Below are positions 10,122 to 19,995 of a DNA stretch of 64,000 bases, piece by piece; positions within the stretch are counted from its first letter, which is position 1, and each line of letters begins with the position of its first letter. The stretch is from a candidate division WOR-3 bacterium (GTDB taxonomy: Bacteria > Hydrothermota > Tepidihabitantia > B3-TA06), in assembly GCA_965649265.1 (NCBI GenBank), contig CBFGKC010000007.1, positions 1-64,000 on the forward strand, read 5' to 3'. The translations under genes were made by a program, and so were the position numbers. The notes beneath the pieces were generated by a model that was given only the letters and a program-made list of their open reading frames with translations, did no database searches and was not told the DNA's origin.

Positions 10122-10829
10122 ATGAAACGCATCTTACTTGTTTTAGTGACATTGAGCGCTCCCTTCATGCTGAGGGCTCAAGGGAAAACCCTTTTCTTTG
10201 AATGGACGTCCATTCCCGCCTACACTAACTTCGCATCCTCGGAGATGCTTGCTCCAGGCAAGGGTGAGATAGGCTTCGGTACGAGTAATTTCTACATCTG
10301 GGGTGACGATTCCGCAAGCTATGACACGAGAACAAACGACCTTTTGTTCAGAATCGGCGTCATCCCGCACATGGAGGTGGGTATAAAATACTCCTCTCCA
10401 CGCGCGATCGTTCTTGACCTGCGGGGCGGGTTCGAGCTCGGACGTTTCGAGTTCACGGGATCGGCAGGCTTCGGTTACATGAAGGCCACCAAGTTCGTCC
10501 AACCGGGTAACGTGACCCTCTGGCTCTATGACGGCTACCCGACTCTTTCAGTCGGATACGAGTTCTTCCCGTGGCTGCGGCTTGCACTTTCGGGCAAGGG
10601 CATCATCTCATTCTACAAAAGGGAACGGGTCGAGGAGCCTGAGAATTTCTTCACCGTGCACACCGGGGGGACCATACTCCTCGACGTCGGAACCGAGGAA
10701 TGGCGCATAAGACCCGAATACAACCGCTACTGGGGCGTCACTCACTACACCCAGGCCCAGGACCCCATTCACTTCAAGGCAGGCAGCCTTGGAATAAGCG
10801 CCGTTTACAGACCAAAGGGAAAACAGTAA
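10122..10829 (+). CDS. Exported protein, probable outer-membrane beta-barrel
   Basis: Signal peptide; amphipathic Gly/aromatic beta strands. Confidence 0.65.
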   Translation: MKRILLVLVTLSAPFMLRAQGKTLFFEWTSIPAYTNFASSEMLAPGKGEIGFGTSNFYIWGDDSASYDTRTNDLLFRIGVIPHMEVGIKYSSPRAIVLDLRGGFELGRFEFTGSAGFGYMKATKFVQPGNVTLWLYDGYPTLSVGYEFFPWLRLALSGKGIISFYKRERVEEPENFFTVHTGGTILLDVGTEEWRIRPEYNRYWGVTHYTQAQDPIHFKAGSLGISAVYRPKGKQ

Positions 10830-10853
10830 GTTTCAGAAGAGATTCATCAAAAC

Positions 10854-10886
10854 AAAAAGGCGGGGTCATGCCCCGCCTTGACTTTT
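10854..10886. terminator. Bidirectional intrinsic terminator
   Basis: AAGGCGGGG-tcatg-CCCCGCCTT with A/T flanks between convergent genes. Confidence 0.75.
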
Positions 10887-10897
10887 GAAAAGAAATT

Positions 10898-11758
10898 TCA
10901 GTCGCCCTTGTTAAGGGTGATGTCTCCGGTCTCGGTAACCGCGTTAAGGATAGACTTTGTCGTGCCGGTGCCGATGGTTCCCACCTTGTGCGTGTTGCCC
11001 CAGGGTGAGCCCTGAGTGGGCACGAACCCGTTGATGCGAACCTCGCCCGAGGTCACGGACATGTCGAACGAAAGCTGGACCGTTGAGGGAAGCGTTATGT
11101 CAACGCTGCCCGACTTGCCGGTCACGCCGATGGTGTTGGTCGTGTCCATTGCCAGAACCTTGAGCGTGGTCGTACCCGTTGTGGTTGCGAGCTTTACCGA
11201 CTTGTTTGCCGGAAGACTCACTATCTCGCAGTCCACGTTGCCTGTCGTGGCCTTCGCGTCAACGCCGCAGTTGAATCCCTTGACGGTTATGTTGCCTGAG
11301 GTAGTCTCAAGCCTTGTGGGCTGGCGTGAAAGACCGTTAATGTCCACGTTGCCTGTCGTGTTCACGATATCGAGATCCATCGTGTCAGGAACCCAGAGGG
11401 TAAACGTTACCTGGAAGTTGCGGGTGTCCACGTCAGGGAAATCGGTCGAGATCGTGATGGTGCTGTCGTTCTGGTTGCCTGAAAGAATAATTGTGATGTC
11501 GTTGAGATGCTCCTTTGCTTCCTCAACGGTAGTGCCCATGCAGCTCTTGGTGTAGGTGACATGTATCGAGTCATCCTCCGTGGTGACGATGGCGATGTTG
11601 CCGGCCTTGTTATCCATGTTGATGAGATTGTAGCCGTCGGCAATGGCGTATGACTCGGAGTAGTCCTCTGTGGCCTTTTCGCCGTAGATTACCGTGCAAT
11701 TCGACACTAAAAGGGCGACCGCCGCAAGAGGCAGCGCCAGAAAAAGCAAGCGTTTCAT
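10898..11758 (-). CDS. DUF4097-like beta-strand repeat lipoprotein
   Basis: Lipobox VSNC; repeated T(T/S)GNV/I turns. Confidence 0.8.
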   Translation of the reverse strand: MKRLLFLALPLAAVALLVSNCTVIYGEKATEDYSESYAIADGYNLINMDNKAGNIAIVTTEDDSIHVTYTKSCMGTTVEEAKEHLNDITIILSGNQNDSTITISTDFPDVDTRNFQVTFTLWVPDTMDLDIVNTTGNVDINGLSRQPTRLETTSGNITVKGFNCGVDAKATTGNVDCEIVSLPANKSVKLATTTGTTTLKVLAMDTTNTIGVTGKSGSVDITLPSTVQLSFDMSVTSGEVRINGFVPTQGSPWGNTHKVGTIGTGTTKSILNAVTETGDITLNKGD

Positions 11759-11879
11759 TCATCCTCCTTAGCTTGATTCGGTTATTATGCCCAGTTGCCG
11801 GGGGATTGTCAACTCCCCTTGCGCCTCGGTCAACACCTTGATACGAATATATGTAAAGACGCAGACGGATGATGGAAGT

Positions 11880-12002
11880 TGCCACCCCCCTCAGAACCAC
11901 CTCTGCCCTGTTTAGAATAATATTTCCCCCTCCTTGATGGACAGCGTGCCCCTTGGGGTGCCTGCGCCCCATAGGGTAGGGGGGAGGGGGCGGTGAGACT
12001 CC
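11880..12002. repeat. Cluster of C/G-tract REP-like palindromes
   Basis: AGGGGGGAGGGGG is the inverse of CCCCCTCCCCCCT at ~13224. Confidence 0.5.
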
Positions 12003-12065
12003 AAAAAAAGAATTATATACCTCTTGATTTTTTACACCCACAGCGTAACATAATCCCCAGGAGGA

Positions 12066-13214
12066 ATGAAAATGAGCGACGAAAAGAACGAAGAGAAGAT
12101 GCAAATAAACCCACCGGATCGTGCGACGGACATGCCCCGGTTTATTGAAGAAATTGCCAATGCACTTACGCGTAAATCCTCAGCATTAAGAACAATATTT
12201 GATGGCCTCTTGGAGGAATTGGACGAATTCAGTTCAGATTTCTCTTTGTCGTATTTCACTCCTCGGGGAACGACTTGGGTAGATGGTCCATATGTAACAC
12301 AACTAGAACAAAACATAAATGAAGGAATGAAAAAGGTTGCATCTAAACTAATTAACCTTAACTATGCAGAAAGTTTCATAGATAGATGGATTGAATACTA
12401 CTCTGAAAAACGTAGGAACTATGATGTTGATATGTGGGTGCTTGATTTTATCGAAGACTTAGTAGAAGATAATTTTCTGGAATTAAAAGAACGCGGTCTT
12501 ACACAGGAAAAGGCCAATTTTATAAACAAAGTGAAGAAGGGTGCATTAGCTGGAAGTAATTATGAAAACCCTTCGATTTTAGACGAAGTGGCTCGTATTC
12601 TACTAAACATACCATTTTACATGGAAGATGGTCAAGATATTAAGGTCCGCGCTACCGCAATTAGAGTATACTCTCAACGTTTTACAGAAATTGAAAAATC
12701 TCTCAGTGAACTTAAAGAATTGAAAAAGAATATGGAGAATTTAAGAGGGAAAACGTCTGTAGAACTTAGCAGGCTAAAACGTAATAGCGAGATTTTAACC
12801 CGAAGAGTAGAGCAGACCTCTCAAGAAATAGAACGACGTTTTCTCAGGAATTCTGTGCAAATCATCGGCATATTTGCTGCGATAATTGCGTTTGTCGTTG
12901 CAGTTGTCCCTGCTGCAATTCGACTAGGCGGATCGAGCATACCGATTATTGGTTCTGGTTTGGCGATTGTACTTGCTGGGTTTCTATTCCTGATCGCTGT
13001 CGTGTTTGGTGATGAAAATCGCATCAAGCGCTTTCGCGGGTGGCTAATTGGTTCCGGTATTGCCCTAACAATTTGGCTTCTTGTCTCGATTGGTGCAAGC
13101 GTCTTATGGCGTGACATTGTTGCCCCGCCACCTGATGCGGCAAGGGTGGATACGGTCTACAAGTTCCAGTCAAGGGTTGACACCCTTTACATCGACACAA
13201 CAACGAGCGAGTAA
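12066..13214 (+). CDS. Low-GC hypothetical protein with coiled coil and three C-terminal TM helices
   Basis: 382-aa ORF with GGAGG SD; AT-rich codons; SVQIIGIFAAIIAF TM block. Confidence 0.75.
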   Translation: MKMSDEKNEEKMQINPPDRATDMPRFIEEIANALTRKSSALRTIFDGLLEELDEFSSDFSLSYFTPRGTTWVDGPYVTQLEQNINEGMKKVASKLINLNYAESFIDRWIEYYSEKRRNYDVDMWVLDFIEDLVEDNFLELKERGLTQEKANFINKVKKGALAGSNYENPSILDEVARILLNIPFYMEDGQDIKVRATAIRVYSQRFTEIEKSLSELKELKKNMENLRGKTSVELSRLKRNSEILTRRVEQTSQEIERRFLRNSVQIIGIFAAIIAFVVAVVPAAIRLGGSSIPIIGSGLAIVLAGFLFLIAVVFGDENRIKRFRGWLIGSGIALTIWLLVSIGASVLWRDIVAPPPDAARVDTVYKFQSRVDTLYIDTTTSE

Positions 13215-13215
13215 A

Positions 13216-13253
13216 GTCCCCCTCCCCCTCCCCCCTCCACCAGGGAGGGGGAC
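13216..13253. repeat. REP-like palindrome (family also at 56242-56277, inverted)
   Basis: CCCCCTCCACCAGGGAGGGGGAC nearly matches the reverse complement of 56242-56277. Confidence 0.7.
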
Positions 13254-13407
13254 TATTCCTTCTCCCTTCGGGACGAAGTGCCCTTGAGGGTAGAAGGTTA
13301 GGATGAGGGTAGATCAGCCGGGGCCCCTGCGGCGGTACGCAGGTAGTAACGAGGCGGGGTGGGAAAAATGTCAAACTCCGGAGACAGTTGAATTTACTCA
13401 CTGCAAC

Positions 13408-13435
13408 TTGACGAGGCGGTTCGGTCTCCTATAAT
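13408..13435 (+). promoter_or_regulatory. sigma70-like promoter upstream of candidate ncRNA
   Basis: TTGACG-16bp-TATAAT. Confidence 0.7.
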
Positions 13436-13441
13436 AATTAT

Positions 13442-13631
13442 AGGAAAACCTCCTTGGTTTAGATGGTTCCTTCCCGCGTGCGAGGGAAACGCGCATCTAG
13501 TGTCAGGCAACTCACTAGAAGCAGCCGGTTGACACGCCTCCTTTTCATCCCTCCAAGATTAGAAGGGAGTTCCCCCGCACGCGGGATAATTAAATAAAAG
13601 AAAAACCGGTACAGGTGCCGGTTTTTCTTTT
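13442..13631 (+). ncRNA. Candidate structured ncRNA (~190 nt; 6S-sized, identity unresolved)
   Basis: Between promoter and terminator, no ORF; long stem CCCGCGTGCGAGGGAA/TTCCCCCGCACGCGGG plus internal hairpins. Confidence 0.4.
13596..13631 (+). terminator. Intrinsic terminator (possibly bidirectional)
   Basis: AAAAGAAAAACCGGTAC-AG-GTGCCGGTTTTTCTTTT. Confidence 0.75.
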
Positions 13632-13654
13632 GAACAGATTTATTGGGCTTGTTC

Positions 13655-13737
13655 GGGGCCCCCGCAAAAACACGGAGTGTTTTCGTGGGGTTTTTTCTTT
13701 GGGTCCCCATTGGAAACGCCCCGCGTTTTTATGGGGT
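13655..13737 (+). repeat. Two tandem GGGG(T/C)CCCC...GGGGT hairpin elements
   Basis: 13655-13691 and 13701-13737, 37 nt each. Confidence 0.7.
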
Positions 13738-13745
13738 TTATCGTC

Positions 13746-13773
13746 TTGACATTTTGCTTTAGCTGATTATAAT
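13746..13773 (+). promoter_or_regulatory. rRNA promoter P1
   Basis: Perfect TTGACA-16bp-TATAAT. Confidence 0.85.
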
Positions 13774-13861
13774 CACACTTGCAGGGAACGGCAGGTGGTT
13801 CTTTTTTCAAGTGAGAGTGTCTCTTGAGTGACGGTCGGGTAACTATCCAGAGGAAAAGTAC

Positions 13862-13889
13862 TTGACAAAGCCTGAAAAGTGGATATAAT
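13862..13889 (+). promoter_or_regulatory. rRNA promoter P2, followed by boxA-like TGTTCTTTGGGAA
   Basis: Perfect TTGACA-16bp-TATAAT. Confidence 0.85.
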
Positions 13890-13969
13890 TCTCATCTTGT
13901 TCTTTGGGAAATTTGGAAAGTAAGTCCAGCCCCCTTGAGTTTTAAGTCCAGTTTAACCTTCAAGATTTT

Positions 13970-15537
<1,568 letters not shown>

Positions 15538-15591
15538 TACGGATTTACGACTGCGACTTGAATTTTAGGGCCAGCTGGACTGACTTTCCTT

Positions 15592-15624
15592 AAGCCCCCT
15601 CCCGCGTGGAGGGGGCTTTTTTTT
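15592..15624 (+). terminator. Intrinsic terminator of the 16S transcript
   Basis: AAGCCCCCTCC-cgcgt-GGAGGGGGCTT plus T8. Confidence 0.9.
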
Positions 15625-15640
15625 ACCCTCTCCCCCCTCC

Positions 15641-15678
15641 GTCATTGCGAGCAAGGCTTTGCCTTGCGTGGCAATCTC
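15641..15678. repeat. GTCATTGCGAG...GCAATCTC REP-like element
   Basis: Same family as 54594-54633 and 56159-56235. Confidence 0.7.
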
Positions 15679-15708
15679 ATAGCACAATAAATAGAATTCA
15701 CCACTACA

Positions 15709-15736
15709 TTGACTTCAAAGCTTATCCTTATATAGT
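15709..15736 (+). promoter_or_regulatory. sigma70-like promoter, probably leaderless
   Basis: TTGACT-16bp-TATAGT, ATG 6 nt downstream. Confidence 0.6.
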
Positions 15737-15742
15737 TAAATT

Positions 15743-16396
15743 ATGGCTTGGGCTATCATCGGTGAATGGCTTTATGCATACATTCCTTTGATAGGTGGAA
15801 TCGGCGGAATCGTGGGCTGCATAACAGCAATTGTCGCCTCCGTGCTGCTCTGGAAAACCTTGAAGGAAACCCGCAAACAAACCCAGCTCGGATACAAAGG
15901 CGTGTTGGGGGTTTCACCCGGAACTGATGTAAATTTTCAATTGGAATTCGAATCGAAGGAAAAATTAAAACAAATAACAGTTACCTATAAATTCATTCAA
16001 AACAATAGTGCGATACTGCTATTAAGAGTCAGGGAATGGTTATTTGATGAAAGAGAAAAAATCGATGTCGACAGTTGGTACGAGCAATTAAAGCCTAAAC
16101 TCAAAGAAAAAATCCTGACACCGGTCATTCCTAATCAAGAATTTGGTTTTTTTAAGGAAGCCCTTGAAAGCACTAAGAAATTCTACTCTCTATTTTCTGA
16201 GGGTAATAGAAATGCAAATAACAGGTTTTATGTTCATGGTATTTTTGCTTACGAAGATCTCACTCATGATATTTATTGGATATATATTCGTTGGAGTTTG
16301 AATTTGTCGGTAATAGGACATCCGGGGCAAGAAGATTTGAAAATAAATTCCTTCAGTAATCAAGAAGAGTACCGATTCCTTACACCGTTTCGATAA
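15743..16396 (+). CDS. Low-GC hypothetical protein with N-terminal TM anchor
   Basis: 217-aa ORF, AT-rich, with its own promoter. Confidence 0.7.
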   Translation: MAWAIIGEWLYAYIPLIGGIGGIVGCITAIVASVLLWKTLKETRKQTQLGYKGVLGVSPGTDVNFQLEFESKEKLKQITVTYKFIQNNSAILLLRVREWLFDEREKIDVDSWYEQLKPKLKEKILTPVIPNQEFGFFKEALESTKKFYSLFSEGNRNANNRFYVHGIFAYEDLTHDIYWIYIRWSLNLSVIGHPGQEDLKINSFSNQEEYRFLTPFR

Positions 16397-16435
16397 ACAA
16401 AGGTTCGTAAGAGTCCCACCCACAACACCTTCTGC

Positions 16436-16772
16436 GTCATTCTGAGGACACGTAGCCTCCGGGGGAGGCATGGGCTTAAGCTTCGCTTAAGCATACTACT
16501 GTAAATTAAAGGTAGCGTCCGTGAGTCCGAAGGCCGACGCTTACGGAGCAATCGCCTGAGTATAGGCAATTGCTTCATACCGCCCAAGGCGGCTTTCCGA
16601 AGGTGAGCGCTTCGAGCGACTAGTTCGGCCCATGCGCCTTACAGGCGCTAAATCCCCCCTACCCCCCTTAATAAAGGGGGCCTTCACCCTCACCCTACCC
16701 TCTCCCGATGGGAGAGGACAAACAATTCCCCTCCCCCTCCGGGGGAGGGTGGCGAAGCCGGGTGAGGGCAGG
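16436..16772. repeat. Mosaic cluster of REP-like palindromes
   Basis: GAGCAATCGCCT..AGGCAATTGCTTC, CCTCTCCCGATGGGAGAGG and GGGTGAGGGCAG, shared with 56159-56620 and 27602-27632. Confidence 0.75.
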
Positions 16773-16871
16773 TAAGGAAATCCACCCATCATTTATTTCA
16801 GTCGTCAAACCTCCCCTGAAGTTCTCATTTTTTTGCTCGAGAACGCCAACAATCACTTTTCGAATCTATGC

Positions 16872-17003
16872 GGGGTCCCCAAAAGAATGATTCCAGCATT
16901 CTTTTGGGGTAGGAAAAACCCCTGTTTTGACCATCTTTTGACCATCTTCTGACCATCTTTTGTCCAGCTTTTTTTTGCCCGAAATGTCCAACTTTTGTCC
17001 ATA
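16872..17003 (+). repeat. GGGGTCCCC hairpin plus 11-bp tandem array TTTTG(A/T)CCATC
   Basis: Hairpin 16872-16910; four units 16925-16968 and degenerate units to 17003. Confidence 0.8.
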
Positions 17004-17050
17004 AAATGGGGCTTGATAGGATTAAACCAGCCCTGGGTAGAGCTATTTCG

Positions 17051-17078
17051 TTGACAAGGCGCTTTCTGACACTATAAT
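17051..17078 (+). promoter_or_regulatory. sigma70-like promoter
   Basis: TTGACA-16bp-TATAAT; GGAGG SD before 17102. Confidence 0.8.
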
Positions 17079-17101
17079 TAGCCATAAATGGAGGACTTAG
17101 G

Positions 17102-18004
17102 ATGCTGAAAAGGATCTTGATAGCGACTCTCGTGATGGGGGGGTGGATGGTGTTACGGGCGGCGCAAAAGGCGGTGTTACGGGTGGATGAGAACGGAAGC
17201 TTCGAATTCCAGGGACTTAAGAGGACGTACATCGTCCATACCCCGCCAAAGTACGACGGACGGGAGCGCCTGCCTTTGATAATCAACTTGCACGGCTGGG
17301 CAGCTGACGCAAAAGCGCATGTTAGGATGTCACAGATGAATCCGAAGGCGGATTCCGAAGGCTTCATCGTCGTCTACCCGAACGGCACCGGCTGGCCTAA
17401 GAGCTGGAATGCCGGCTACTTACGAATCTGGGATAAAAGGAAAAAGGTGGACGATGTGGCCTTTATCGATGCTTTGATTGACACCATGATCGCAACCTAC
17501 GCAATTGATACGCTTAGAATCTATGCGGCAGGCTTCTCGAACGGCGGCCAGATGGCGCACCGGCTCGCCTGCGAGCTGTCGCAGAGAATTGCGGCCGTAG
17601 CCAGCGTATCCGGTGAACTTATGATTAAGGATTGTTTGCCGACAAGACCGGTGTCGGTCATTCACATTCACCCAAGGCTCGATCCCGTGCTCCCTTACTA
17701 CGGCGACAAAAAAAGATACCCCCTCCCCCCTGCCGATTCGGTCGTCTGGCGCTGGGCAAGAATCGACTCGTGCGATACCGGGCCGGATTCTTTAAGAATC
17801 GCATCAGGGGCGCTTAGGCAAGTGTGGACGAATTCGAGGACGGGGGTCGAGGTCGTGTTCTGGACTGTCGAGACTGGCAACCACGCCTGGCCGGGCGGCA
17901 AGGGCATTTGCATGCCCACAGTCAACAGACCGTCAAAGGAGATCGACGCCAACGATTTAATATGGGAGTTTTTTCTCAGGCATCCACGAAATCTAGAGGA
18001 TTGA
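17102..18004 (+). CDS. Secreted PHB-depolymerase/LpqC-family esterase
   Basis: LHG, VVYPNG, DDVAFI, GFSNGG nucleophile elbow, HAWPGG. Confidence 0.9.
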   Translation: MLKRILIATLVMGGWMVLRAAQKAVLRVDENGSFEFQGLKRTYIVHTPPKYDGRERLPLIINLHGWAADAKAHVRMSQMNPKADSEGFIVVYPNGTGWPKSWNAGYLRIWDKRKKVDDVAFIDALIDTMIATYAIDTLRIYAAGFSNGGQMAHRLACELSQRIAAVASVSGELMIKDCLPTRPVSVIHIHPRLDPVLPYYGDKKRYPLPPADSVVWRWARIDSCDTGPDSLRIASGALRQVWTNSRTGVEVVFWTVETGNHAWPGGKGICMPTVNRPSKEIDANDLIWEFFLRHPRNLED

Positions 18005-18009
18005 AGGAG

Positions 18010-18942
18010 TTATGGATGGGGCCGTCTCTTCGGCGGCAGGATGGAATCCGTAAGGGTGTCCTTGAAGATATAACGCCTGGTATCGGTGACCGTTTTTGAA
18101 CCGAACACACCCCACGCGCCCGGAATGTGCATAAACTCTTCCTTGTTTGTATCCGGATTCCAGTAAACTGCGTGCCTGTAAGCAATGTAATCATAGACAT
18201 TTACGTCAAGTGCTTCGACACATACCTCCAGCGAATCGCAAAGGTAAAGTAAAGACAATGCCTTAAGCGCGGCCCCTCCTACCTGTGAACCAAATAGGAA
18301 ATAACTCCTTAACTGAAGAGTGTCATACCTCATAACGATTATGTATGAATCTCCTTCAGGCACCCATTCCCTTTCATATCTCCATCCCCACTCCGTTACA
18401 ACAATATTGTATTCCTTTGCGCCCTCAGATTCGGACCATGTCAGTAAATCATCATCCGTGACCGTATCCGTCAAAGGCGAGACTATCTCAAAAGCTCCGG
18501 GTATTCTCGTCTCGGCCTCGATTGTTTTGCCGTCAGGGTATTTCGCCTTAAGCTTCCAGAGACTGCCGGGTTCAAAAGAGAGACCCGTATCCGTCACGTA
18601 ATAGCCTCTGGATACCGAAGATTCCCTGGTTTTATAGGATGTAGCGGAGTGTTCAAGGCTTACTTCTGCGCCGCTTACACCGTTCCACAGAAAAACTTCG
18701 TGATATATAACCGTGAATGTATCCTCATACCAGATTGTATCAACGATTAGATCTCTTTCTAGGGTATCATTTATGCTTGCCGTCTTGCCGATCATGAGAA
18801 CTGCGGAATCGAGGTCGGTGGAAAGCACTGCGTAGATATTGGGCTCGCCCTCGTAGTTCTCGGGAGTATTGCAGGAAATGGAAAGGAGCGCCGCGAGTGA
18901 TAATATAGTGAAGATTCCCCGCCTCATCTTCCCCCTCCTCAA
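18010..18942 (-). CDS. DUF4249-like lipoprotein (paralog 2)
   Basis: Lipobox SISC; C-terminal HIPGAWGVFGS; downstream of TonB receptor. Confidence 0.8.
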   Translation of the reverse strand: MRRGKMRRGIFTILSLAALLSISCNTPENYEGEPNIYAVLSTDLDSAVLMIGKTASINDTLERDLIVDTIWYEDTFTVIYHEVFLWNGVSGAEVSLEHSATSYKTRESSVSRGYYVTDTGLSFEPGSLWKLKAKYPDGKTIEAETRIPGAFEIVSPLTDTVTDDDLLTWSESEGAKEYNIVVTEWGWRYEREWVPEGDSYIIVMRYDTLQLRSYFLFGSQVGGAALKALSLLYLCDSLEVCVEALDVNVYDYIAYRHAVYWNPDTNKEEFMHIPGAWGVFGSKTVTDTRRYIFKDTLTDSILPPKRRPHP

Positions 18943-19024
18943 AAACCTATATCGCTCTTAAAGAGACTTAACGCAAACTCGTAATGTCTGAACCAAACTG
19001 GACGTAAAAATAGCATACGGCGAT

Positions 19025-19918
19025 TTAAGGACATCTTGCGGGTATTGGAAAGCTCGTTGTATCTCCCCAGATGTAGCTCATCTTCGGGGTCAGGGATAAT
19101 GAGCCGAACGTCCCCCACGCACCCTTGATGTGCATGTAGTCGTCCTTGTTTGTAGTCGGGTCCTGCCATATCTTGTAATCGTAAATGGCGTAGTCGAAGG
19201 CATTCGAATCGAGAGCGGCCACCTGAAACGTGACAGAATCTATGGTTATACCATAATAGGGATATATCATCTCATCCACGGGGATCGTCTTCTTGTCAAC
19301 CTCGTACAAACCCTCGGAACTCTGCAGCAACATTTCGACAGTATCTTCCTTGAAGCGGCCCCAGGCCTCGACCCTGTATTTGTAGCCGCGCGCATCGCCG
19401 GAACTGGCCCATTTAAAGGTATCGGTCATGTGCAGGGTTTCTGAAAGAGGCGAGGTAATTTCGATGCTCGAAACTATCCTCGTCCGGGCCTCGAACTTCT
19501 GACCGTCCGGGTAGCGGACATTCAGTTTCCAGATTTCACCCGGCGAGAAAACGAGTCCCGAGTCCGACACATAATACCCGGCAGAGTCGGATAACTCAGT
19601 CAGATTGTAGGTATCATTCACATGTTCCAGGGTAGCCTCGGCACCGCTAGCGCCGTTCCACGGAAAGACTATCATGGGGTACACTGCAAAGGTATCCAGA
19701 TACCAGAACGTATCCATGACTGTGTCGGGCTTGAGAGTATCTTCTATCGAGGCCGTGTAACCCAGCATGACTGTAGCCCTGGGAAGCTCCGTTGACAGCA
19801 TCGCGTAGATGTTCGGCTCGCCCTCGTAGTTCTCCGGGGTGTTGCAGGAAACGGCGAATAGAGTCAATACAGAAAGAAGGAAAGCGGTCGGCAGAGTAAA
19901 AGGTTTGTTTGCCTTCAT
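19025..19918 (-). CDS. DUF4249-like lipoprotein (paralog 1)
   Basis: Lipobox AVSC; C-terminal HIKGAWGTFGS. Confidence 0.8.
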   Translation of the reverse strand: MKANKPFTLPTAFLLSVLTLFAVSCNTPENYEGEPNIYAMLSTELPRATVMLGYTASIEDTLKPDTVMDTFWYLDTFAVYPMIVFPWNGASGAEATLEHVNDTYNLTELSDSAGYYVSDSGLVFSPGEIWKLNVRYPDGQKFEARTRIVSSIEITSPLSETLHMTDTFKWASSGDARGYKYRVEAWGRFKEDTVEMLLQSSEGLYEVDKKTIPVDEMIYPYYGITIDSVTFQVAALDSNAFDYAIYDYKIWQDPTTNKDDYMHIKGAWGTFGSLSLTPKMSYIWGDTTSFPIPARCP

Positions 19919-19960
19919 GTGATAAGGGTCGATCTTCCCGCCGGGGGGAGGAGGGCAGGT

Positions 19961-19995
19961 GTGTTACGGGTGGTGTTTCGGGTGGTGTTACGGGT
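19961..19995 (+). repeat. 3 x 12-bp tandem repeat GTGTT(A/T)CGGGTG
   Basis: Units at 19961, 19973 and 19985. Confidence 0.8.

Noticed and set aside
13498-13535. SRP RNA (GTCAGG...GAAGCAGC)
   Set aside because: The TCC-GGAA-GGA tetraloop hairpin is absent and the intervening bases cannot pair
13567-13590. Type I-E CRISPR-like repeat GAGTTCCCCCGCACGCGGGATAA
   Set aside because: Single copy with an inverted partner, not an array
16541-16890. Short Pro/Gly/Arg-rich ORFs in repeat clusters (also 27413-27752 and 13024-13401)
   Set aside because: Translations of REP-like palindromes
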